Source: Antedon mediterranea
Lineage: Eukaryota > Animalia > Echinodermata
Direction: 5' to 3'
Length of the DNA stretch: 64,000 nucleotides
Assembly (NCBI RefSeq): GCF_964355755.1
Contig: NC_092674.1
Span: 29,946,001 to 30,010,000 of the forward strand
Shown here: positions 39,001 through 53,099 of the stretch, in pieces
Numbering within the stretch: the stretch's first letter is position 1
How the letters are laid out: each line of letters begins with the position of its first letter
Notes under the pieces: generated by a model
The model's database searches: none
What the model was told of the DNA's origin: nothing
What the model saw: only the letters and a program-made list of their open reading frames with translations
Translations under genes and position numbers: made by a program

Positions 39001-40983
39001 TTTGTTGTTATTTTATCTTATTATTAACATTATTGCATTCAAGCATCCTGTTCAATATTTTTCAAGTGCGTATTCTACCTATTGGATTTTTGAAAGTTAC
39101 GTTTATTTAACCTATTTATCTCACAAGACCGTCACAAGTACACACATCGGCAAGATGACACGTAGTGCGCGTACCTTTTGAACTGGAACTTATCGTACAA
39201 TAGGCCAAGTAAATATTGCTTACGATTTCTTTGTCGGTACGTTTGATGTTGCCGCTATTTTGGTGAGATACACTTTGTTACGTCTTCGTAAGATACCGTA
39301 CATGAAAACTGGTTAATCATTAATCCAGACCTTTGTGCCTTCGTTATCTTGGTATATGGATGTTCATGTAGCCAACAGAAACACACGTTGACAGCGAATG
39401 GGCGGGGTTTTGTAATTCCAGCCAATCCCTATAAATTCTGTGTTAATGATTTTATGAAATAAATGAAATGACATATAGCTTAGATAACGGCAATTTGGCG
39501 ACATCCCTTATTGTATAGAATATTATATATTTCTAGCCACCACAAAGTTATCTAAATGAGGGCGCTATATCACCAAGTTAAAATAGTGTTTTACAAGCAG
39601 CACGTATTACACAATAACAGTAATGACAGATTAGCAGTGACATGCGCACATTAGTCACAAACCAATCTTCCTTGTGATCAAATGATATTTGCCTTGAATA
39701 GGACGAATTTTTGCGCGTGCACAAATTCAATTTTCTTTTACAAACTTAACAAACCAACAAAAATCACTTGATTGACAGAGAATTGCGGACGTGCACACTG
39801 ACTGGACACTTCGAAACAAAGTCTCGCCAACTTCGATTTAGATTCTGAGTCTATCAAAAGAACAAAATCAACATTGAATATTATTATGCAACAAATTGAA
39901 TTGGTTTGATATCGTAGATCACGCGAGAGTACTTGTAGAGTACTTGTAAACAAACACACTTGAGCCGGCGAGGACTTGTTTAGGTGAAACGGCAGGATTA
40001 ATTTAACTGAACGAGTATTTGATTAGATATTGAAAATATTTAATTTCAATATTCAAGAGCTAGAAAAAAAAGTTATATTAAGTGAGCACATCTAATAATA
40101 GGTCACTGTACTCTGTGTGCTTGAAACGATAGATTAAGGAAAAACTCTTTGTAACCACCACAATGATTTGGGATTTATACAATTTGTAACATTTTGTAAT
40201 GTACGTCTGATTTATAGTATTTACTATACTGTAACTTAAAATATAGTTCTGAATGTTGAGGGCGGCATTCAGATAGAAGTGTTTCCTTTTAAATTGTACC
40301 ATCATAGACATTCTCATGTATTCCATGTTGTCTTAAAACGATGATGTAGAAACGTTTCTCTGGGCACTCGGTTGAACAATAATTTCTGTTTGGTAAAAAT
40401 AAACTGCAGCAAAGTAATCATTTTAAACAAATTCAGGACAAATTAGGCACATAGACCTTCACCTTGTTGTTAATTGCCCCGATGGACCGAATTGTGGAAA
40501 TAGTTCATCAGGACTATTAGAGAATCCTGTAGTTTTGTATTATATTATTTGATTATAGCATGGGGGAAAAATTACATAATTCCTCCATGATTTTAATATA
40601 GTAAACCAAGTGCTTCCAAAAGTTTGTTGATAGAGGTATCGATAGAGGGCGGTAATGTAAACATAATTCCTACCGTTTGGTTGCATTTGGAACCACTGAT
40701 CACTCTCGTGTAAAATTGAAAATATATATCGCCCTCTATATAAACACAGAATAAACACTTCCTCTGTTGAATTCTGTGAACTTTCACAATAGAATAACAC
40801 AATTGATCTTTCATCTAGTTTTATTTTCTCATCATCGATTTTGAAAATCGTTACTTTTTTTGCTAGCTTGTTATTAATATGCAATTAAATTAACAACCAC
40901 CAGCAGTTATGAATAAGCAATAAACACGTTTCAATTCTCTTTTCATAAATCAGCTAAATTTAAAAGAAAAATCATTATCAGAA

Positions 40984-41014
<31 letters not shown>

Positions 41015-41271
41015 CGTTTGTTTTTTTATTATATAGCAGGAAATACCACAGGGATAATTCTTTGTTTATTTTGTCTTTTAGGAAAAAATCCATTTTACTT
41101 ATCACGTTAAGAACAATTATTGTTTTACTTTCTCCTCATTTAGATGTTTTATGTTCCCATTAAATACACTGAATCCATGTAATATATCTCTCATAATAAT
41201 AACAGTTTTAGTAAACAAACTACATCATAGCAAATCAATCTGTAAGGTATAGTCCCCCTGCGCAGTTGTAA

Positions 41272-41560
41272 AGCTTGGTTCCCACCAATACTTGGTTCCC
41301 ACGCGTAAGTGATTTGACCAATCACAAGCGATGGTTTATTCGAACTGTCGCCTGTCATTGGTCAACTCGCTTGCGCTGAGTTTCTAGTGAAACTTTAGAC
41401 GCAACGCAACGACGTACGAGGCCCAACGTGAGTGATTACAAACGATATTTGCGGTGCGTTTACGTCCCTGCGGTGCGTTTACGTCCCTGCGGTGCGTTTA
41501 CGTCCCTGCGGTGCGTACAAGTTACGTGTCCTCTTAATAGATGTTCTACTGCATACGTTT
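41272..41560. mobile_element. Rearranged MITE family B copy with an internal 19-bp tandem repeat TGCGGTGCGTTTACGTCCC
   Basis: AGCTTGGTTCCCAC end, shared core, and 3-4 tandem units at 41450-41516. Confidence 0.75.
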
Positions 41561-41619
41561 GTTTGTAGTAAAACTACCACGTATTTATTAAAATTACGTC
41601 GATACTTAATATTATGTAA

Positions 41620-41984
41620 AGCGCTGTCTACACTATCAAACCTTATGTGACAAAACAATGTGATTTGCCCATATATGGACATAATGATGTCATATCACCA
41701 CCATATATGGGCATATATTTATATTGACACTGTTGATTCGTCTATTTGTTATTTAAATATTTTTATATAGTTTATTTTATATCACTGTTGTTACTTTGGG
41801 AGTACGGAACCTGAACTCTTGTTATAGTGATTAGGTTCACTTTTAGTTCCTGCCTACTCCCTTAGTTTCTGTGTTTTTGTTTGTTTGTAACTGGTTTTTG
41901 GCAATAAATAATAATAATAATAATAATATCACTACCATATTTGGGCACATCATGTCAAACTAGTTTGATAGTGTAGACAGAGCT
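41620..41984. mobile_element. MITE family A interrupted by a ~210-bp retroposed insert
   Basis: Both TIRs present; the insert 41717-41925 ends in AATAAA plus (TAA)n. Confidence 0.85.
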
Positions 41985-42564
41985 TTAGAAACATGTATTA
42001 TAAGTATGCTATTATTATATATTAATTTATATAATTGAGATCGATATTTTTGAGAACAGAAGACAACAGAAGAAGAGCGTTTCCGAGTTGTTGCCACGCG
42101 TTTTGAAAACATGCCTTTGGCCATTTGGCTATTTCTCAGGTGATGCGTTGTTTTTATGTACTAAACATCAATCAATTTTATCGTCATATTTTTATTGCGT
42201 TGTTTATGTACACACTTCTGATGAGTCAATTATATATTGTTTTTTTGTTTTCTTGTGTGAGTTAATCACACTTTTATATTTCAATTCTCTGTTATGAATA
42301 TTGTATACATGTTCAAATATATAAATCCAAAGGCAATTAAATTACTAAAAATAATGAAAATGCTGTGAGTATCAGTGGCTGAATCTCAATGGAGATACAA
42401 AATAAATAAGCAAAAAGCTAAATCAAAACGATAAAGTAAAACAGCCCTTCATTAGTGCAACTATAATTATAATTATCTACCGGTAAGCCATCCGTGCCTC
42501 TGAGTGACGTCATCGATTATCGCGTAATCTCCACTTAGTTCTGGTATTCTCCCAACACTGTGCC

Positions 42565-45500
42565 TCAATTCATTTCCAGTCCGTTGTTATCTACTCCAAT
42601 TCTCTGTTTGCTGATTGATCTCAGTTTGCTTGTTCTCCTTGAACCGTTTTGTTGGAATATAGATTGTACTTTCAGTACGAAAAACTGACCAAGCTCAGCA
42701 AATGTTATGACACTAGCACCAATGAAAAGACCTAACTGGCCACCGATATCACCTACAGAATAGAAAAAACAAGCCCTATTAATTGCTTTATTTTCGTCTT
42801 TATCATGATTACAAATAAAATTTAAAAAAAAAAATGCTTTGTCCACTAGCGTTGTTAATTTGAGTTTAATAACCAGAGTTCTGGATATCCCTACCCTTTT
42901 ATTTCTCTTTCAGTATACACACCGTATAGTTGTCTCGATTTTTTTCAATTTCTTTGTAGACTTTTACGTCAAACAAAATATGTATTCTATGTATAACTTT
43001 GGGCATTAAAACAATTAAAATCAGCGATACTTACTAAGAAGGGCTGAGAATGTCATGGCTGCATTCTGTTTATACTCCTGAAAGTTAAGTTCTTCGTAGT
43101 ACACGTCCAGTAAGATAAAGTTTTCCCTGTTAAGATGAAAACATTTAAATCTAACCAGTAAACTAATAATTCAACTAAAATATTTTAATTTAACAGAGTT
43201 ATTATATTAGTATAGCCGCACATCAAAAAGCACTTTTATTGTTTGTACTTTTTAACGTTTCTTAAGCTTGGTTCCCATTAGGACGCAACGCAAGCGTGTT
43301 GACCAATGATAAAAGCGGCAGTTTGAATAATCCATCGCTTGTGATTGGTCAGCTCACTTACATTGCGTTTCGTTCTTCTCTAGTGTGAACCAAGCATAAG
43401 CCAATCAATAACAAATTATGGAGTTATTAGAAATTATTTCTTGAACGCTCTGATATAGACTTAAACGCGTTTGCGTCGAACGTTTGACGCTTTATATCAT
43501 CATTGAGTTTTTCCACTCACTTGATATATTCTGATTCGGAGCCATAGAGTGTTTTCAGGTCAGCTTCGACGTTTTTATTCGGTATTGATGCGTAGTTTAC
43601 CGATGTGTCAAATGTTGTGTATTTGCAGGGTACTGGACAGTCGCATTCTGGTAATTTGCCACTCTTTAACCTCTCTGGAAATCAAAATGAAATAGTGATT
43701 GAGCATAACCTGATAAATTATTGTTATAAACTACAAACAAATTAGCACAACCAGAAATTTACACGCACCCTGAAACACTACTATTTGTCATTTCTACAGT
43801 TGTAAAGGAAGTCTGTTATTAGGTAAATCAACTGTCTGGCTTTGTTGATGATGGCGAAAAATGTAGCGCAATGAAGTGCCACCGACTGGACACATAGTAA
43901 ACGTAAGTAAAACGCACTTAACTTGAAGAATTTTGTGACCTCACGATGTGCCGCTTGATAACATTTAGTCTGCGCACGCTCATAAACGTGAGCATGCGTA
44001 ATCACATAGCGCGTCGTGACGACAACGAAATGTCGCTTTTGTCAGAATGGAGAGAGATTAGTAAATTATAAGTTGCCTATTTCTTCATTACAGATTCTAT
44101 GTGGTACAAGCTACCGCTTGTCTGTGTAAATTGTCCTTTAGACTACAGAACATGGCCCATTGGCGCTTACCTAGTACATCTTTTGCGCATGAGTTCGTTT
44201 GTTTCGGCGTACACTCTGTTGCGTTACCAGGATATCTAAAAACCAATAATGACAATAATTCGTCTTATAATGTTTAATATTCTACAGAATTATAGACAAA
44301 ATGCATACAGTGTATATATGCATTCTTATTAATTAAATAAGGATACTTAAGATAATATTCTAGGACGCCCTCTATATCGTCACACAAACATGTTTCCATA
44401 GTCGCTCTCGTTAAACTAGTGGAATAAAGATCTGTTCAGGCCAACGGCTTTGTGTAAGAGGATTTATCACGATCAAGTGCGCAAGTACCGACTGGCCAGC
44501 TTATACGCATGCGTAGAGAAGGATTTAGAAGAAGAAAACATGAATACGCATATACGTATCAACTTGACGCTTTCAATTCGCGCGAACAAATTCGCCTAGG
44601 CGAAATCGGCGCGCCTACGGTTGTTTTTCCATCCGTTGAATCATAGATTAGTGTGAATGTGTATTCACTTACCTGATTGGACGGCATTGACATTCGGTAA
44701 ATATCCTGTCCAGACGACATTCAATATAACAACCAGACAGTGTATACTGGTCATAGTACGTTAGTTTGCGTGAAGGCTGGCATTTTCCATGAGGAGGATC
44801 TAAGTTTGTAACCTTCAAATAAAAACAAAATAAGCTACTTTTTAAGCTGTACGTACGGGGGTGTTGGTGGGGAGAGGGAGGCGGATGGATATATGGAGGG
44901 GCAGGGCGATGGAGATATGGTGGGGGATTGGTTTAGGGTGCGTATATTTCTTCACTTACCTGGATACGTTTAGTAGACGTAAAGGCGTGGTAGCCTGGAG
45001 GAATTGAGATGCCTTTTGATTCTATAAGAGGCGGCTCGTTCTGATCGTGTACCAGTACCTTCAATCCTGCCTCGATGTTCCCGTCCTTAGTCTCTGTATA
45101 TTCATCCTTTAATAAAACAACAATAACATTAAATATACGGAAAATGTTTTTTGTGGGACCTCATAGAAATTATTATTACATACACAACATAGTATCATAC
45201 ATATGTGTTTTGATTGTTGTTATATATGCCAAAATTGTTTTCTTTTAGGAATACCGTGACAAATCGCCTATTCATTAAGTTGAATTGATTGGATTGATTG
45301 ATTAAATGATTGATTAAATGATTGATTAAATGATTAATTAAATGATTGATTGATTAAATGATTGATTAAATGATTGATTAAATGATTAATTAAATGATTG
45401 ATTAAATGATTGATTTATTGATTGATTGGCATAGTTAAAATATAAGGTGCTCTATATTCAAATACTATACGTTCAAATTCACTGTTAAAATAATACGTCC

Positions 45501-48500
45501 AGTAAGATTGAATTACGAAATATTATTGGCTACAGAGTAAAACTAATTAAGTTTCATTGTATCGAAATCAATAATCAATAAATCTAGATTTAATGTCATT
45601 ATAATACTGCCGTACCCTTAATTAAGTTTTATTGGTTAATCCAGCGAGTCTAATATGTCATTAGCCTCCGATATAAATATTGATTTCGCAGTTACATTCA
45701 GGTACATTAACGAATCCATTATTCAACGGTTTGACTATCAAACCGAATCAATATGATATAATTTAAAATAACTTATTGACTCAAATACACCCATTTCGCA
45801 TAACAGATCGTGAAAGCTCTTAAACACAGGTAAACATGAGACATTTCCCTAAGTAGATCACCTTTGTCTAACAACAATGACAATGTTAAGGACCCCGTTG
45901 TATAGAATGCGTCACAGACGGACGCCAAGGCAATACGTTGAAAGCCTATTAACTATCTATGCGCATAAATCAAGTTTTGAATCGTATAGTAGATATGCGC
46001 GTCGTTAAACGAAATCGCACCATTTTAGTTTGCACACTTTCATCATTCATTTTTTTGCTCTTTTTTGTTGTTGATTGTTCAGCGCTTAGAGGCGCCCTGC
46101 ATTTTACGCTATCAAATTGAACATTATCATTAGTAATTATTGATATTCAATACGTCGTAATCAAAATCATAACTATGTTCTTACCTGGAGTATGTTTATC
46201 ATTATTTGTAAGCCATTTCCAGCTCCTGGTTGTTTTACCTTTAATATTGCGTTATCGCTTTCACCAGAATTAAATGTGTAACAATTCCCATACGATGTGA
46301 AAATGTGAGTGAAATTCTGGAAGAATAATATAAAGTGAGATAAAATACACTGACACTTTTGCTGCTTATGGCGCCCCATAGCCACTTGCTTGAAAGTCTG
46401 CATTTCTGTTTTTTGGTTAAACAATTCAGAAATTAACTCTAGTAAATAGATGCATACATTGACCGACGCTGTTGTGGATTTATTCTAGTAAAAATCTGTA
46501 TTGCTCAAATGTAAGTAGGGGAGAGGAAAAGGGAGTACTTTTAGCAACATCTCAAAATTTCCTCGTCACCGAGTCATCTTATTAGCAAACCTCTCAAGAT
46601 TTGAGGAGGGAGAATACTTGACTGACATTTCAATGTCAGTCGAATAGCCGTCATCATGTAAAGTGTCTTATATTAAACAATCCAAGTGAAGGACTTTCAC
46701 AATCAAATATTTTAATAACAAAAGAATGGTTGTCGTCACAGTCTTTATCATTAAACATTAATACAAAGATCTTCTGCACGTTTTTCTTAAATACAGTTTG
46801 TGTGCTGGTATGTTAGCTTTTTGTCATACCCGTCAGGTATGTTCCCGACATCATCATTTCTCGTGGTGCCACTCCCCTATGCCTAGTTTATATGCCTAGT
46901 TTATATGCCTATTTCAATGATACGTTGTTTTTCTGACAATAATATGCCGAATGTATCTATATGACAGGTCTTTAGGCGTCTCAGGTCCACGGTTATGGAA
47001 CGATCTTCCAGTGTCAATTCGGTCTGAAGCTAGCTTTGATAGCATTCAGCGAAAAGTAAAACGTTTCTTTTATGGAACATAATTTCGATGTACAGCGTGT
47101 TTGATAATGATTTCATTCTAAGAGCGCTATATATATTGAGTAATGTAATGTAAAAGTAATGAATGTATCTATATGATTATTATTCTATATTCTAATTTAA
47201 CTTATCAAAGATTATTATATTATCATCTAAATGAAATATACATACAAACTGTGGTTTGCTTATTATTAGGACATTTGAAATTCGTCACTTAATAAATACA
47301 CGAATTGTGTAAGGTATAGGCTATAATGCAAGAATGATGGAGTTGATTGAATCGTAACAACTACACCCACATTTCTTTCTTCTTGTTTAAGACCAGTTTA
47401 AGTAATTAAAGTACAATTTATTTTGTTTTCTGGTTGGATTTACTCGTTAGCTATAATTTGAGAGCAAGTAATTGGTACTGTACTTATTTTGATTAGAGTG
47501 AGTAAGTAAGTAACATGGTTAGCAGATCCTGAATAAAAGAATCTCTGACAAATTTATTATGATTGAGCTGTAAGAAAATACCAGCTGGTTTGTTTATTAT
47601 TTTTCCCACAATATAATACCCATGTGTAATTAATTATGAATTTGTAACACAAACATGTCACAGGAATTGTTTTATACTTGTAAATTTCAGACAATCGTTA
47701 TCTTATATTATGAATATGATATAGTAAGTTTGCTAGATATATACAAACCCATAGACAGGATTGTTACAGGCGGCTATCTACCAACTAACTAACTATATAG
47801 CCTAGTATAGATGAGAATAGAATGCTCGGCTATAGCTTGGTAGGATTACCCAAAACATTTTCATGAGTTGACCTATTCACCAGCACTTTAGTTTGAAAAG
47901 GGCACTTTAGGAAAAAGGGTTTCTTTCGAGCTCTACGAACCCCCTGGCAACAGTCCATGAGTAATGCAATGGAACTCTACAGACCTGTATTTTATCTGGT
48001 GAACGTTGGGAAAGACAAAAACAATGACGTAAACAAGTCGAGCGTAGCTACTTACTGTAGCAGAGCATGTCTGGTCCAGCCATTGACAGGACTCCACCGT
48101 TTCATCGTCCAGTTGAAAGCCCACCCTCCTCGTGAATTCCGATGTGTTGAACGGTTCGCTTCCGAAGATATCAGAATAGTTCTCAAGTTCTGATTCCGAG
48201 TAATAATCGTAATCTTCCGCTTCCCATAAATATTCGATGATCTTTCGTTCGTCTTCTGTCAGAGATGAATTGCGGTACCTGTAATGAAAACAGTTTTTTA
48301 CATATTGATTCTACAGTTATTGCAGTATATGTACTTTACCAACTTTTAGCATAGGCATAGCTGACGGTCTATATCCAAATGTGATATGCCCATATATGGA
48401 CATGATGTCTTATCACTACCCTATTTGGGAATATGATATTCCCAAATAGGGTAGTGATAAGACATCATATAGATATTATCACTACAGTATTTTGGGCACA

Positions 48501-48824
48501 TCACACTTTTTGTCAAACTAGTTTAAGGTCTAATTAAAGTACGTTACGTTAAATAATATACCTGTTAAAATTACATATCGTGACTGCTGGGAAGTCCATT
48601 TCAGTTAGGAAGGATAACTTGATCTCTGTGTTTACATTGAATTGAATATATTCATCAATGCGTAGTACAATCTGCCAGGTGCATACGCCAAGCCCGCCTA
48701 GGAACACCATCAACCATAGCACCTTAACGATAAATGCTTTACTTGTTGCAATGTACTGTACCCCATGTAGGGTGGTTGTGGTAGCAAACTCTTCCTCAAC
48801 TGTAGTCTGCTCCTTTCCCGCCAT
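42565..48824 (-). CDS. DEG/ENaC family (ASIC-like) channel, paralog A (467 aa); exons 48824-48562, 48278-48056, 46316-46185, 45106-44960, 44812-44673, 44235-44171, 43674-43521, 43126-43035, 42752-42565
   Basis: TTLHG pre-TM1 motif, TM1, FPAVTICNFN, YGNCYTFN, GLKVLVHDQNEPP, Cys-rich thumb (CDCPVPC), LDVYYEELN and TM2 LLSDIGGQLGLFIGAS. All eight introns are GT-AG with consistent phases. Confidence 0.95.
43265..43396. mobile_element. MITE family B
   Basis: AGCTTGGTTCCCA...TGAACCAAGC TIRs and shared core. Confidence 0.85.
45284..45428. repeat. (TGATTAAATGAT)n simple repeat
   Basis: Directly visible. Confidence 0.9.
48380..48524. mobile_element. Partial MITE family A copy with an internal perfect inverted duplication
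   Basis: Family A core; 33-bp arms at 48402-48434 and 48436-48468. Confidence 0.82.
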
Positions 48825-49481
48825 TTCAATACAACTCGTGGGCTGCACGAAGAAAAATCAACTCTCTAGTCTCAACAAACTTTTCTGCAAGTTTGGGATG
48901 TTTCGCATTAAAATGTGTACAATAGGCACATGCCTGTCAGTACCTTAGTTTACACATTCCCTTCTGTTATTGATATCTACTAATGTCCTTCTTAAATATT
49001 TTATTTCAAACTCCAATTAATAATCCGTCGGTAAACATCATTACTGCACTTCTTGAGTATCGATACACCACCACCACCTCACTTAATAATATTTAACAAC
49101 TGAGACACAGTCAACAAAACTGAATCGCAAGAATCGATTGAACTCATGACGTCTCTTGATGCGGTTTCTAATAATGTCTGAAAGGGTAACGAATTTGTAT
49201 GTGTGCAATAAGAATACTGAATGTCACCCTGAACGTATCTTGGCAATAGCCAAACAATACAATAGAGTTTGTAATTGTGTGTTTCAAGCTTCATTGATTT
49301 TCTTCATAAAAGGATGTTTTGAAATCTAAAATAATGAGGCTATAGTAGATTTGTCTTCCCTTGGGGGCTAGTCTTTAGTTCAAGCAGAGTGAAGCGTAAT
49401 TAATCTCACTTTATGTGTTTCTTGATAATTTGCTTGTGTTAATCAGTGTCAATTGATACTATATCGTATTCAATATCAATC

Positions 49482-49640
49482 AGCGTTGGTTCTCACTTTG
49501 GACGCAACGTATTTGGATCATCCGAACTGGCGCTTGTGATTGGTCAACTCAATTGCGTAGTGCTACGTTTTAGGACGCGATGGGTCATCCAAACTTTCGC
49601 GTGTGATTGGTCAACTCAACATTGCGTTGTGCCTACGTCA
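49482..49640. mobile_element. Degraded MITE family B copy
   Basis: GCGTTGGTTCTCAC end; GCTTGTGATTGGTCAACTC-like core present twice. Confidence 0.65.
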
Positions 49641-49645
49641 TTTTA

Positions 49646-50992
49646 GAACATTCATAACATATTCATATCATAACATGTTCATTTATAACATATCCATTTT
49701 ATAACATATTCATATCATAACATATCCATTTTATAACATATTCATTTTATAACATATCCATTTTATAACATATCCATTTTATAACATATTCATTTTATAA
49801 CATATTTATTTTATAACATATTCATTTTATAACATATCCATTTTATAACATATCCATTTTATAACATATCCATTTTATAACATATCCATTTTATAACATA
49901 TCCATTTCATAACATTAACATATTCATATCATAACATGTTCATTTATAACATATCCATTTTATAACATATCCATTTTATAACATATCCATTTTATAACAT
50001 ATCCATTTTATAACATATCCATTTTATAACATATTCATTTTATAACATATCCATTTTATAACATATCCATTTTATAACATATTCATTTTATAACATATCC
50101 ATTTGATAACATATCCATTTGATAACATATCCATTTTATAACATATCCATTTTATAACATATTCATTTTATAACATATCCATTTTATAACATATCCATTT
50201 TATAACATATCCATTTTATAACATATCCATTTTATAACATATTCATTTCATAACATATTCATATCATAACATGTTCATTTTTAACATATCCATTTTATAA
50301 CATATCCATTTTATAACATATCCATTTTATAACATATCCATTTTATAACATATTCATTTTATAACATATCCATTTTATAACATATCCATTTTATAACATA
50401 TTCATTTTATAACATATCCATTTTATAACATATCCATTTTATAACATATCCATTTTATAACATATTCATTTTATAACATATCCATTTTATAACATATCCA
50501 TTTTATAACATATCCATTTTATAACATATCCATTTTATAACATATCCATTTTATAACATATTCATTTTATAACATATCCATTTTATAACATATCCATTTG
50601 ATAACATATCCATTTTATAACATATTCATTTTATAACATATCCATTTTATAACATATCCATTTTATAACATATCCATTTTATAACATATCCATTTTATAA
50701 CATATTCATTTTATAACATATCCATTTTATAACATATCCATTTTATAACATATCCATTTTATAACATATCCATTTTATAACATATCCATTTTATAACATA
50801 TTCATTTTATAACATATCCATTTTATAACATATCCATTTTATAACATATCCATTTTATAACATATCCATTTTATAACATATCCATTTTATAACATATCCA
50901 TTTTATAACATATTCATTTTATAACATATCCATTTTATAACATATCCATTTTATAACATATTCATTTTATAACATATTCATATCATAACATT
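49646..50992. repeat. 17-bp minisatellite TATAACATATCCATTTT
   Basis: About 1.35 kb of highly homogeneous tandem units. Confidence 0.97.
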
Positions 50993-51009
50993 ATTCTTAT
51001 TAAGATCAT

Positions 51010-51400
51010 ACATATTTGATTAGAGAAATTATATTACGTCTACATGATATTGAAAGGCAAAATCTTATCGAGGAAATTAAACTTTCTCCAAGGTTGAAAC
51101 AAAGAAATGAAGACAGATCATGAATGTAAATGAGTTAAAATTAGGAATTTTAGATCTTGAAAATAAAAATGGAAGATGGTCAGGAATTAAAAGGGAAAAA
51201 AAAACGAATCATAAAGTCTGTAAAGTTTGTAAATCTAACGAGGTTGCAAATGAATACCACTGTTTTAGTATGTCCATACAAAGGAATAAGTTTTTTTCAA
51301 AACCTTATTATTTTAATCAACCAACAAATGAAAGGTTTATTTTATTAATGAAAAACAAAAAGTAATCAATAACCTTGCATCGTGTGCGCGCGTGCACACG
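51010..51400 (+). mobile_element. Degenerate LINE ORF2 C-terminal remnant
   Basis: LENKNGRWSGIKRE...VCKVCKSNEVANEYHCF resembles the E-x-GRW...CxxC...EDEYH C-terminal motif of CR1/L2-group retrotransposons; frameshifted. Confidence 0.6.
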
Positions 51401-52199
51401 ATGCGTTAACACATGATTATTGTCTCTGCTCCATTTGGTATAATAATGAGCTAGTTACATTCTCCCAATCCTAGCTGAATTCATACCGTCGTATGTATAC
51501 CCTGCAGTTTTGCGGACTGAACCTAGTCGCCTGTGAACGTATCTTTAAAGATATATTTTCCCCCAAAAACATGAAAAATGTAGATTAATTAAATCAGACT
51601 TTGAATAGGTTATTTTGTAGTTTTAATAAAGTAAATCACTTCCGTAGAAAAAAAACGGGGAAAAATAATGTTTTCACTTATAAAATAACATGATAAATGG
51701 TTAAGTTCAACCAAAAATCCATTGGCTGGCCATTTTTTGCTTTGAATTACAGTTTTTCAGGTAAATAATTTTTGTTTCGATCCAATTTTTGGTTGAAGTC
51801 AATAACTATTATGTGACATTAAAATGGCATATTCAACAACAAAAATTGTAAAAAATTATTTTTCAGTTGGACAATACATCTTTAAGTTGTTGTTTACACA
51901 ATGGGGACCTATTTCAATAATTGCAACAGTTCCAGACTGTCAATCGATAATGTTGAAAGTCAGGGTATTATTAAAAAACGTTGTGAAGAATCGATATCTA
52001 AATGTATGTTGTTTTCACACTGGTGATGCGTTTAGCGTTAAAAGGTTCACAAGACAATTGACAAGACCTGGATAATATATTACGTAAAATACACTGAGCA
52101 TGCGCGTTCCTCTAAAACAAATGACTAATATGATAACTAGCATTATAACATAGTCAACTACGTAGTCATAATGCACGCAATGCAAATGATTATCTTTTA

Positions 52200-52630
52200 C
52201 CTAAATGTACAAACAATTTGATCAAGAACTCTATTAAATACCAAGGAGCTAAATTATGGAATTCAATTTATGTAGATATTAAAAATGCATCTACAACTTC
52301 AAAATTTAAATTAGTATACAAGAACTATTTGCTTTTAAGATATGATGAACGTTATATATACATATTTTATAAGACCAGTTAAGATAGGATAATATGATTT
52401 AAATAGAAATTGTAGCTTTGTTTTCTTTTATTTATTATTATTTTATGTAGGCCTATATATATTTTTTTCTTTTTCGTATATTCGTATTTAATGTTATATC
52501 TTGGGGTGGGTCAAACTTAGTTTTTCTGACTTATATGACTCTCCCCCCCCCCCCCACATGACTACTTCATTGTATTTATTATCCTGTATGTATGTTATTA
52601 TATTGTGGAAATAAATTGAAATTGAAATTC
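52200..52630 (+). mobile_element. CR1/L2-like LINE 3' end remnant
   Basis: GAKLWNSIYVDIKNASTTSKFK matches the terminal G-x-KLWN...IK...FK motif; ends in AATAAA plus an (ATTGAA) tail. Confidence 0.6.
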
Positions 52631-53099
52631 AAACAAACTAGGCCAAATGAAATAATACCGCTAGTTCTATTAATAGAAATTAATTAATGTATCGATTGTA
52701 TTGATGTATTTGGCAAATTATACGGTAAATATCGATGAGGTATTGCGTTTATTATGAGGATGAAAATTGTAATTAAAAGTAAATGTGAAATACGTTACGC
52801 TTGGACTTTATTGATTGCGACAAAAAATGTCATAAATAGATACCAAGTGTGTTAGCACACGATTCTCTGCACCGTATCTAATACAACATCACATGTGTTT
52901 CACATGTATCGCCTAGTATCATATACTGTAACCTAGCCTATTACATGATACAGGCACCACATGTGGTACCAAATTAATGAGATGCTGTATTTACCGAATA
53001 TTTCTTTGACATATCTAGGCAAACATTGTAATATATGTGGATATACAGCACTGAAAATCGGGTAAAGTAAGTATCAAATAATAACAGCTGATATATTTT

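Noticed and set aside
36100-42500. Search for Gsx upstream of Xlox
   Set aside because: No homeodomain-like translation (e.g. [10 protein letters not shown]) was seen by eye or in the ORF track; a tBLASTn is needed to be definitive.
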